From assembly GCA_964016885.1 (NCBI GenBank), contig CAXHJY010000096.1, positions 2,108,001 to 2,172,000 on the forward strand: a DNA stretch of 64,000 nt. The letters run 5' to 3'. Source of the stretch: Eledone cirrhosa (Eukaryota). Both the position numbers and the translations under genes were made by a program. Every line of letters starts with the position of its first letter. Position 1 is the stretch's first letter. Positions 1 through 12,000 of this stretch are shown here, in pieces. The notes under the pieces were generated by a model. The model was not told the DNA's origin, searched no databases, and saw nothing but the letters and a program-made list of their open reading frames with translations.

Positions 1-3000
1 TCAGGCGGAGATTGTAAAAAAAATCAGGGGGGAGATAATTTGTAAAAAAATCAGGGGGAGATAATTTGTAAAAAATAATCAGGGGGAGATAATTTGTAAA
101 AAAATTCAAGGGGAGATAATTTCCAGCCGTCCAAGGGGAGATAATTTCCCGCCAGCCAAGGGAAGATAATATTTAAAAAAATTAGGCGGAGATAATTTGT
201 AAAAAAAATCAGGGGGAGATAATTTGTAAAAAAATCAGGGGGAGATAATTTGTAAAAAAAATCAGGGGGAGATAATTTGTAAAAAAAATCATGGGGAGAT
301 AATTTGTAAAAAAAAATCAGGGGTAGATAATTTGTAAAAAAAAATCAGGGGGAGATAATTTGTAAAAAAAAATCAGGGGGAGATAATTTGTAAAAAAAAT
401 CAAGGGGAGATAATATCCAGCCGTCCAAGGAGAGATAATTTAAAAAAAAAATGAGGCGGAGATAATTTGTAAAAAAAAAATCAGGGGGAGTTAATTTGTA
501 AAAAAAAATGAGGGGGAGATAATTTGTAAAAAAAATCAAGGGGAGATAATTTCCAGCCGTCCAAGGGGAGATAATTTTCAGCCGTCCAAGGAGAGGTAAT
601 TTCTAGCCGTCCAAGGGGAGATAATTTCCAGCCGTCCAAGGGGAGGTAATTTCCAGCCGTCCAAGGGGAGATAATTTAAAAAAAAAAATCAGGCGGAGAT
701 AATTTGTAAAAAAAATCAAGGGGAGATAATTTGCAGCCGTCCAAGGGGAGATAATTTTCAGTCGTCCAAGGAGAGGTAATTTCTAGCCGTCCAAGGGGAG
801 ATAATTTCCAGCCGTCCAAGGGGAGATAATTTCCAGCCGTCCAAGGGGAGATAATTTTTTTTAAAAAATCAGGCGGAGATAATTTGTAAAAAAAATCAGG
901 GGGAGATAATTTGTAAACAAAATCAGGGGGAGATAATTTGTAAAAAAAAATCAGGGGGAGATAATTTGTAAAAAAAATTAGGCGTAGATAATTTGTAAAA
1001 AAAAATCAGGGGGAGATAATTTGTAAAAAAAAATCAGGGGGAGATAATTTGTTTAAAAAATCAAGGGGAGATAATTTGCAGCCGTCCAAGGGGAGATAAT
1101 TTTCAGCCGTCCAAGGAGAGGTAATTTCTAGCCGTTCAAGGGGAGATAATTTCCAGCCGTCCAAGGGGAGATAATTTTTTTTAAAAAATCAGGCGGAGAT
1201 AATTTGTAAAAAAAAATCAGGGGGAGATAATTCGTAAAAAAAAATCAGGGGGAGATAATTTGTAAAAAAAAATCAGGGGGAGATAATTTGTAAAAAAAAT
1301 CAAGGGGAGATAATTTCCAGCCGTCCAAGGGGAGGTAATATCTAGCCGTCCAAGGGGAGATAATTTCCAGCCGTCCAAGGGGAGATAATTTCCAGCCGTC
1401 CAAGGGGAGATAATTTCCAGCTGTCCAAGGAGACATATTTTCCAGCCGTCCAAGGCGAGGTAATTTCTAGCCGTCCAAGGAGAGATTAATTCCAGCCTCC
1501 AAGGGGAGATAATTTCCAGCCAGCCAAGGGGAGATAATTTGTAAAAAAATCAGGGGGAGATAATTTGTAAAAAATATCAGGGAGATAATTTGTAAAAAAA
1601 AATCAGGGGGAGATAATTTGTAAAAAAAATCAGGGGGAGATAATTTGTAAAAAAAAATCAGGGGGAGATAATTTGTAAAAAAAATCAAGGGGAGATAATT
1701 TCCAGCCGTCCAAGGGGAGATAATTTTCAGCCGTCCAAGGAGAGGTAATTTCTAACCGTCCGAGGAGAGATAATTTCCAGCCGTCCAAGGGGAGATAATT
1801 TCCAGCCGTCCAAGGGGAGATAATTTCCAGCCGTCCAAGGAGACATATTTTCCAGCCGTCCAAGGAGAGGTAATTTCTAGCCGTCCAAGGGGAGATAAAT
1901 TCCAGCCTCCAAGGGGAGATAATTTCCAGCCAGCCAAGGGGAGATAATTTGTAAAAAAATCAGGGGGAGATAATTTGCAAAAAAAATCAGGGGGAGATAA
2001 TTTGTAAAAAAAATCAGGGGGAGATAATTTGTAAAAAATAATCAGGGGGAGATAATTTCCAGCCGTCCAAGGGAAGATAATTTCCAGCCCTCCAAGGGGC
2101 TATAATTTCCAGTGTCCAAGGGGAGATAATTTCCAGCCAGCGAAGGGGAGATAATTTTTTTTTAAAAATCATTGGGAGATTTGTAAAAAAAATCAGGGGG
2201 AGATAATTTGTAAAAAAAATCAAGGGGAGATAATTTCCAGCCGTCCAAGGGGAGGTAATATCTAGCCGTCCAAGGGTAGATAATTTCCAGCCGTCCAACG
2301 GGAGATAATTTCCAGCCGTCCAAGGGTAGATAATATCCAGCCGCCCAAGGACATATTTTCCAGCCGTCCAAGGAGAGGTAATTTCTAGCCGTCCAAGGGG
2401 AGATAATTTCCAGCCGTCCAAGGGTAGATAATATCCAGCCGTCCAAGGACATATTTTCCAGCCGTCCAAGGAGAGGTAATTTCTAGCCGTCCAAGGGGAG
2501 ATAAATTCCAGCCTCCAAGGGGAGATAATTTCCAGCCAGCCAAGGGGAGATAATTTGTAAAAAAATCAGGGGGAGATAATTTGTAAAAAAAATCAGGGGG
2601 AGATAATTTGTAAAAAAAAATCAGGGGGAGATAATTTGTAAAAAAAAATCAGGGTGAGATAATTTGCAAAAAAAATCAGGGGGAGATAATTTGTAAAAAA
2701 AATCAGGGGTAGATAATTTGTAAAAAAAAATCAGGGGGAGATAATTTGTAAAAAAAAATCAGGGGGAGATAATTTGTAAAAAAAATCAAGGGGAGATAAT
2801 TTCCAGCCGTCCAAGGAGAGATAATTTTAAAAAAAATCAGGCGGAGATAATTTGTAAAAAAAAATCAGGGGGAGATAATTTGTAAAAAAAATCAGGGGGA
2901 GATAATTTGTAAAAAAAAATCAGGGGTAGATAATTTGTAAAAAAAAATCAGGGGGAGATAATTTGTAAAAAAAAATCAGGAGGAGATAATTTGTAAAAAA

Positions 3001-6000
3001 AATCAAGGGGAGATAATTTCCAGCCGTCCAAGGAGAGATAATTTAAAAAAAAATCAGGCGGAGATAATTTGTAAAAAAAAATCAGGGGGAGATAATTTGT
3101 AAAAAAATCAGGGGGAGATAATTTGTAAAAAAAAAAATCAGCGGGAGATAATTTGTAAAAAAAATCAGGGGGAGATAATTTGTAAAAAAAATCAGGGGTA
3201 GATAATTTGTAAAAAAAAATCAGGGGGAGATAATTTGTAAAAAAAAATCAGGGGGAGATAATTTGTAAAAAAAATGAAAGGGGAGATAATATCCAGCCGT
3301 CCAAGGGGAGATAATTTCCAGCCGTCCAAGGGGAGATAATTTCCAGCCGTCCAAGGGGAGATAATTTCCATCCTTCCAAGGGGATATAATTTCCAGCCGT
3401 CCAAGGGGAGATAATTTCCATCCTTCCAAGGGGATATAATTTCCAGCCGTCCAAGGGGAGATAATTTTCAGCCGTCCAAGGAGAGGTAATTTCTAGCCGT
3501 CCAAGGAGAGATAATTTCCAGCCGTCCAAGGGGAGATAATTTCCAGCCGTCCAAGGGGAGATAATTTCCAGCCGTCCAAGGAGACATATTTTCCAGCCGT
3601 CCAAGGAGAGGTAATTCCTAGCCGTCCAAGGGGAGATAAATTCCAGCCTCCAAGGGGAGATAATTTCCAGCCAGCCAAGGGGAGATAATTTGTAAAAAAA
3701 ATCAGGGGGAGATAATTTGTAAAAAAAATCAGGGGGAGATAATTTGTAAAAAAAAATCAGGGGTAGATAATTTGTAAAAAATAATCAGGGGGACATAATT
3801 TGTAAAAAAAATCAAGGGGAGATAATTTCCAGCCGTCCAAGGGGAGATAATTTTCAGCCGTCCAAGGGGAGATAATTTCCCGCCAGCCAAGGGAAGATAA
3901 TATTTAAAAAAATTAGGCGGAGATAATTTGTAAAAAAAATCAGGGGGAGATAATTTGTAAAAAAATCAGGGGGAGATAATTTGTAAAAAAAATCAGGGGG
4001 AGATAATTTGTAAAAAAATCAGTGGGAGATAATTTGTAAAAAAAAATCAGGGGGAGATAATTTGTAAAAAAAATCAAGGGGAGATAATTTCCAGCCGTCC
4101 AAGGGAAGATAATTTCCAGCCCTCCAAGGGGCTATAATTTCCAGCGTCCAAGGGGAGATAATTTCCAGCCAGCGAAGGGGAGATAATTTTTTTTAAAAAA
4201 TCATTGGGAGATTTGTAAAAAAAATCAGGGGGAGATAATTTGTAAAAAAAATCAAGGGGAGATAATTTCCAGCCGTCCAAGGGGAGGTAATATCTAGCCG
4301 TCCAAGGGGAGATAATTTCCAGCCGTCCAAGGGGAGATAATTTCCAGCCGTCCAAGGGTAGATAATATCCAGCCGTCCAAGGACATATTTTCCAGCCGTC
4401 CAAGGAGAGGTAATTTCTAGCCGTCCAAGGGGAGATAAATTCCAGCCTCCAAGGTGAGATAATTTCCAGCCAGCCAAGGGGAGATAATTTGTAAAAAAAT
4501 CAGGGGGAGATAATTTGTAAAAAAAATCAGGGGGAGATAATTTGTAAAAAAAAATCAGGGGGAGATAATTTGTAAAAAAAAATCAGGGGGAGATAATTTG
4601 TAAAAAAAAATCAGGGGGAGATAATTTGTAAAAAAATCAAGGGGAGATAATTTCCAGCCGTCCAAGGGGAGATAATTTTCAGCCGTCCAAGGGGAGATAA
4701 TTTCCCGCCAGCCAAGGGAAGATAATATTTGAAAAAATCAGGCGGAGATAATTTGTAAAAAAAATCAGGGGGAGATAATTTGTAAAAAAATCAGGGGGAG
4801 ATAATTTGTAAAAAAAAAATCAGGGGGAGATAATTTGTAAAAAGAATCAGGGGGAGATAATTTGTAAAAAAAAATCAGGGGTAGATAAATTGTAAAAAAA
4901 AATCAGGGGGAGATAATTTGTAAAAAAAATCAGGGGGAGATAATTTGTAAAAAAAATGAAAGGGGAGATAATATCCAGCCGTCCAAGGGGAGATAATTTC
5001 CAGCCGTCCAAGGGGAGATAATTTCCAGCCGTCCAAGGGGAGATAATTTCCATCCTTCCAAGGGGATATAATTTCCAGCCGTCCAAGGGGAGATAATTTC
5101 CCGCCAGCCAAGGGAAGATAATTTTTAAAATAATCAGGCGGAGATTGTAAAAAAAATCAGGGGGGAGATAATTTGTAAAAAAATCAGGGGGAGATAATTT
5201 GTAAAAAAAAATCAGGGGGAGATAATTTGTAAAAAATAATCAGGGGGAGATAATTTGTAAAAAAAAATCAAGGGGAGATAATTTCCAGCCGTCCAAGGGG
5301 AGATAATTTCCCGCCAGCCAAGGGAAGATAATATTTAAAAAAATTAGGCGGAGATAATTTGTAAAAAAAATCAGGGGGAGATAATTTGTAAAAAAATCAG
5401 GGGGAGATAATTTGTAAAAAAAATCAGGGGGAGATAATTTGTAAAAAAATTCATGGGGAGATAATTTGTAAAAAAAAATCAGGGGTAGATAATTTGTAAA
5501 AAAAAATCAGGGGGAGATAATTTGTAAAAAAAAATCAGGGGGAGATAATTTGTAAAAAAAATCAAGGGGAGATAATTTCCAGCCGTCCAAGGGGAGATAA
5601 TTTTCAGCCGTCCAAGGAGAGGTAATTTCTAGCCGTCCAAGGGGAGATAATTTCCAGCCGTCCAAGGGGAGGTAATTTCCAGCCGTCCAAGGGGAGATAA
5701 TTTAAAAAAAAAAATCAGGCGGAGATAATTTGTAAAAAAAATCAAGGGGAGATAATTTGCAGCCGTCCAAGGGGAGATAATTTTCAGTCGTCCAAGGAGA
5801 GGTAATTTCTAGCCGTCCAAGGGGAGATAATTGCCAGCCGTCCAAGGGGAGATAATTTCCAGCCGTCCAAGGGGAGATAATTTTTTTTTAAAAATCAGGC
5901 GGAGATAATTTGTAAAAAAAATCAGGGGGAGATAATTTGTAAACAAAATCAGGGGGAGATAATTTGTAAAAAAAAATCAGGGGGAGATAATTTGTAAAAA

Positions 6001-9000
6001 AAATCATGGAGAGATAATTTCCAGCCGTCCAAGGTGAGATAATTTCCAGCCGTCCAAGGAGACATATTTTCCAGCCGTCCAAGGCGAGGTAATTTCTAGC
6101 CGTCCAAGGGGAGATAAATTCCAGCCTCCAAGGGGAGATAATTTCCAGCCAGCCAAGTGGAGATAATTTGTAAAAAAATCAGGGGGAGATAATTTGTAAA
6201 AAATATCAGGGAGATAATTTGTAAAAAAAAATCAGGGGGAGATAATTTGTAAAAAAAATCAGGGGGAGATAATTTGTAAAAAAAAATCAGGGGGAGATAA
6301 TTTGTAAAAAAAATCAAGGGGAGATAATTTCCAGCCGTCCAAGGGGAGATAATTTTCAGCCGTCCAAGGGGAGATAATTTCCCGCCAGCCAAGGGAAGAT
6401 AATATTTAAAAAAATCAGGCGGAGATAATTTGTAAAAAAAATCAGGGGGAGATAATTTGTAAAAAAATCAGGGGGAGATAATTTGTAAAAAAAAAATCAG
6501 GGGGAGATAATTTGTAAAAAAAATCAGGGGGAGATAATTTGTAAAAAAAAATCAGGGGTAGATAATTTGTAAACAAATATCAGGGGGAGATAATTTGTAA
6601 AAAAAAATCAGGGGGAGATAATTTGTAAAAAAAATGAAAGTGGAGATAATATCCAGCCGTCCAAGGGGAGATAATTTCCAGCCGTCCAAGGGGATATAAT
6701 TTCCAGCCGTCCAAGGGGAGATAATTTCCATCCTTCCAAGGGGATATAATTTCCAGCCGTCCAAGGGGAGATAATTTCCCGCCAGCCAAGGGAAGATAAT
6801 TTTTAAAAAAATCAGGCGGAGATTGTAAAAAAAATCAGGGGGGAGATAATTTGTAAAAAAATCAGGGGGAGATAATTTGTAAAAAATAATCAGGGGGAGA
6901 TAATTTGTAAAAAAATTCAAGGGGAGATAATTTCCAGCCGTCCAAGGGGAGATAATTTCCCGCCAGCCAAGGGAAGATAATATTTAAAAAAATTAGGCGG
7001 AGATAATTTGTAAAAAAATCAGGGGGAGATAATTTGTAAAAAAAATCAGGGGGAGATAATTTGTAAAAAAAATCATGGGGAGATAATTTGTAAAAAAAAA
7101 TCAGGGGTAGATAATTTGTAAAAAAAAATCAGGGGGAGATAATTTGTAAAAAAAAATCAGGGGGAGATAATTTGTAAAAAAAAATCAAGGGGAGATAATA
7201 TCCAGCCGTCCAAGGAGAGATAATTTTAAAAAAAAATGAGGCGGAGATAATTTGTAAAAAAAAAATCAGGGGGAGTTAATTTGTAAAAAAAAATGAGGGG
7301 GAGATAATTTGTAAAAAAAATCAAGGGGAGATAATTTCCAGCCGTCCAAGGGGAGATAATTTTCAGCCGTCCAAGGAGAGGTAATTTCTAGCCGTCCAAG
7401 GGGAGATAATTTCCAGCCGTCCAAGGGGAGGTAATTTCCAGCCGTCCAAGGGGAGATAATTTTAAAAAAAAAATCAGGCGGAGATAATTTGTAAAAAAAA
7501 TCAAGGGGAGATAATTTGCAGCCGTCCAAGGGGAGATAATTTTCAGTCGTCCAAGGAGAGGTAATTTCTAGCCGTCCAAGGGGAGATAATTTCCAGCCGT
7601 CCAAGGGGAGATAATTTCCAGCCGTCCAAGGGGAGATAATTTTTTTAAAAAAATCAGGCGGAGATAATTTGTAAAAAAAATCAGGGGGAGATAATTTGTA
7701 AACAAAATCAGGGGGAGATAATTTGTAAAAAAAAATCAGGGGGAGATAATTTGTAAAAAAAATTAGGCGTAGATAATTTGTAAAAAAAAATCAGGGGGAG
7801 ATAATTTGTAAAAAAAAATCAGGGGGAGATAATTTGTTTAAAAAATCAAGGGGAGATAATTTGCAGCCGTCCAAGGGGAGATAATTTTCAGCCGTCCAAG
7901 GAGAGGTAATTTCTAGCCGTTCAAGGGGAGATAATTTCCAGCCGTCCAAGGGGAGATAATTTCCAGCCGTCCAAGGGGAGATAATTTTTTTTAAAAAATC
8001 AGGCGGAGATAATTTGTAAAAAAAAATCAGGGGGAGATAATTCGTAAAAAAAAATCAGGGGGAGATAATTTGTAAAAAAAAATCAGGGGGAGATAATTTG
8101 TAAAAAAAATCAAGGGGAGATAATTTCCAGCCGTCCAAGGGGAGGTAATATCTAGCCGTCCAAGGGGAGATAATTTCCAGCCGTCCAAGGGGAGATAATT
8201 TCCAGCCGTCCAAGGGGAGATAATTTCCAGCCGTCCAAGGAGACATATTTTCCAGCCGTCCAAGGCGAGGTAATTTCTAGCCGTCCAAGGGGAGATTAAT
8301 TCCAGCCACCAAGGGGAGATAATTTCCAGCCAGCCAAGGGGAGATAATTTGTAAAAAAATCAGGGGGAGATAATTTGTAAAAAATATCAGGGAGATAATT
8401 TGTAAAAAAAAATCAGGGGGAGATAATTTGTAAAAAAAATCAGGGGGAGATAATTTGTAAAAAAAAATCAGGGGGAGATAATTTGTAAAAAAAATCAAGG
8501 GGAGATAATTTCCAGCCGTCCAAGGGGAGATAATTTTCAGCCGTCCAAGGAGAGGTAATTTCTAACCGTCCGAGGAGAGATAATTTCCAGCCCTCCAAGG
8601 GGCTATAATTTCCAGTGTCCAAGGGGAGATAATTTCCAGCCAGAGAAGGGGAGATAATTTTTTTTAAAAAATCATTGGGAGATTTGTAAAAAAAATCAGG
8701 GGGAGATAATTTGTAAAAAAAATCAAGGGGAGATAATTTCCAGCCGTCCAAGGGGAGGTAATATCTAGCCGTCCAAGGGGAGATAATTTCCAGCCGTCCA
8801 AGGGGAGATAATTTCCAGCCGTCCAAGGGTAGATAATATCCAGCCGCCCAAGGACATATTTTCCAGCCGTCCAAGGAGAGGTAATTTCTAGCCGTCCAAG
8901 GGGAGATAAATTCCAGCCTCCAAGGGGAGATAATTTCCAGCCAGCCAAGGGGAGATAATTTGTAAAAAAATCAGGGGGAGATAATTTGTAAAAAAAATCA

Positions 9001-12000
9001 GGGGGATATAATTTGTAAAAAAAAATCAGGGGGAGATAATTTGTAAAAAAAAATCAGGGGGAGATAATTTGCAAAAAAAATCAGGGGGAGATAATTTGTA
9101 AAAAAAAATCAGGGGTAGATAATTTGTAAAAAAAAATCAGGGGGAGATAATTTGTAAAAAAAAATCAGGGGGAGATAATTTGTAAAAGAAATCAAGGGGA
9201 GATAATTTCCAGCCGTCCAAGGAGAGATAATTTTAAAAAAAATCAGGCGGAGATAATTTGTAAAAAAAAATCAGGGGGAGATAATTTGTAAAAAAAATCA
9301 GGGGGAGATAATTTGTAAAAAAAAATCAGGGGTAGATAATTTGTAAAAAAAAATCAGGGGGAGATAATTTGTAAAAAAAATCAGGGGGAGATAATTTGTG
9401 AAAAAAATCAAGGGGAGATAATTTCCAGCCGTCCAAGGAGAGATAATTTTAAAAAAAATCAGGCGGAGATAATTTGTAAAAAAAAATTAGGGGGAGATAA
9501 TTTGTAAAAAAAAATCAGGGGGAGATAATTTGTAAAAAAAATCAAGGGGAGATAATTTCCAGCCGTCCAAGGGGAGATAATTTTCAGCCGTCCAAGGGGA
9601 GATAATTTCCCGCCAGCCAAGGGAAGATAATATTCAAAAAAATCAGGCGGAGATAATTTGTAAAAAAAATCAGGGGGAGATAATTTGTAAAAAAATCAGG
9701 GGGAGATAATTTGTAAAAAAAAATCAGGGGTAGATAATTTGTAAAAAAAAATCAGGGGGAGATAATTTGTAAAAAAAAATCAGGAGGAGATAATTTGTAA
9801 AAAAAATCAAGGGGAGATAATTTCCAGCCGTCCAAGGAGAGATAATTTAAAAAAAAATCAGGCGGAGATAATTTGTAAAAAAAAATCAGGGGGAGATAAT
9901 TTGTAAAAAAATCAGGGGGAGATAATTTGTAAAAAAAAAAATCAGGGGGAGATAATTTGTAAAAAAAATCAGGGGGAGATAATTTGTAAAAAAAATCAGG
10001 GGTAGATAATTTGTAAAAAAAAATCAGGGGGAGATAATTTGTAAAAAAAAATCAGGGGGAGATAATTTGTAAAAAAAATGAAAGGGGAGATAATATCCAG
10101 CCGTCCAAGGGGAGATAATTTCCAGCCGTCCAAGGGGAGATAATTTCCAGCCGTCCAAGGGGAGATAATTTCCATCCTTCCAAGGGGATATAATTTCCAG
10201 CCGTCCAAGGGGAGATAATTTCCATCCTTCCAAGGGGATATAATTTCCAGCCGTCCAAGGGGAGATAATTTTCAGCCGTCCAAGGAGAGGTAATTTCTAG
10301 CCGTCCAAGGAGAGATAATTTCCAGCCGTCCAAGGGGAGATAATTTCCAGCCGTCCAAGGGGAGATAATTTCCAGCCGTCCAAGGAGACATATTTTCCAG
10401 CCGTCCAAGGAGAGGTAATTCCTAGCCGTCCAAGGGGAGATAAATTCCAGCCTCCAAGGGGAGATAATTTCCAGCCAGCCAAGGGGAGATAATTTGTAAA
10501 AAAAATCAGGGGGAGATAATTTGTAAAAAAAATCAGGGGGAGATAATTTGTAAAAAAAAATCAGGGGTAGATAATTTGTAAAAAATAATCAGGGGGAGAT
10601 AATTTGTAAAAAAAATCAAGGGGAGATAATTTCCAGCCGTCCAAGGGGAGATAATTTTCAGCCGTCCAAGGGGAGATAATTTCCCGCCAGCCAAGGGAAG
10701 ATAATATTTAAAAAAATTAGGCGGAGATAATTTGTAAAAAAAATCAGGGGGAGATAATTTGTAAAAAAATCAGGGGGAGATAATTTGTAAAAAAAATCAG
10801 GGGGAGATAATTTGTAAAAAAATCAGGGGGAGATAATTTGTAAAAAAAAATCAGGGGGAGATAATTTGTAAAAAAAATCAAGGGGAGATAATTTCCAGCC
10901 GTCCAAGGGAAGATAATTTCCAGCCCTCCAAGGGGCTATAATTTCCAGCGTCCAAGGGGAGATAATTTCCAGCCAGCGAAGGGGAGATAATTTTTTTTAA
11001 AAAATCATTGGGAGATTTGTAAAAAAAATCAGGGGGAGATAATTTGTAAAAAAAATCAAGGGGAGATAATTTCCAGCCGTCCAAGGGGAGGTAATATCTA
11101 GCCGTCCAAGGGGAGATAATTTCCAGCCGTCCAAGGGGAGATAATTTCCAGCCGTCCAAGGGTAGATAATATCCAGCCGTCCAAGGACATATTTTCCAGC
11201 CGTCCAAGGAGAGGTAATTTCTAGCCGTCCAAGGGGAGATAAATTCCAGCCTCCAAGGTGAGATAATTTCCAGCCAGCCAAGGGGAGATAATTTGTAAAA
11301 AAATCAGGGGGAGATAATTTGTAAAAAAAATCAGGGGGAGATAATTTGTAAAAAAAAATCAGGGGGAGATAATTTGTAAAAAAAAATCAGGGGGAGATAA
11401 TTTGTAAAAAAAAATCAGGGGGAGATAATTTGTAAAAAAATCAAGGGGAGATAATTTCCAGCCGTCCAAGGGGAGATAATTTTCAGCCGTCCAAGGGGAG
11501 ATAATTTCCCGCCAGCCAAGGGAAGATAATATTTGAAAAAATCAGGCGGAGATAATTTGTAAAAAAAATCAGGGGGAGATAATTTGTAAAAAAATCAGGG
11601 GGAGATAATTTGTAAAAAAAAAATCAGGGGGAGATAATTTGTAAAAAGAATCAGGGGGAGATAATTTGTAAAAAAAAATCAGGGGTAGATAAATTGTAAA
11701 AAAAAATCAGGGGGAGATAATTTGTAAAAAAAATCAGGGGGAGATAATTTGTAAAAAAAATGAAAGGGGAGATAATATCCAGCCGTCCAAGGGGAGATAA
11801 TTTCCAGCCGTCCAAGGGGAGATAATTTCCAGCCGTCCAAGGGGAGATAATTTCCATCCTTCCAAGGGGATATAATTTCCAGCCGTCCAAGGGGAGATAA
11901 TTTCCCGCCAGCCAAGGGAAGATAATTTTTAAAATAATCAGGCGGAGATTGTAAAAAAAATCAGGGGGGAGATAATTTGTAAAAAAATCAGGGGGAGATA

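Noticed and set aside
145-153. E2F-like site TTTCCCGCC in a recurring B-run terminal variant
   Set aside because: It arises from a single A-to-C change in the B monomer propagated with its cassette. There is no promoter or gene context, so chance is sufficient.
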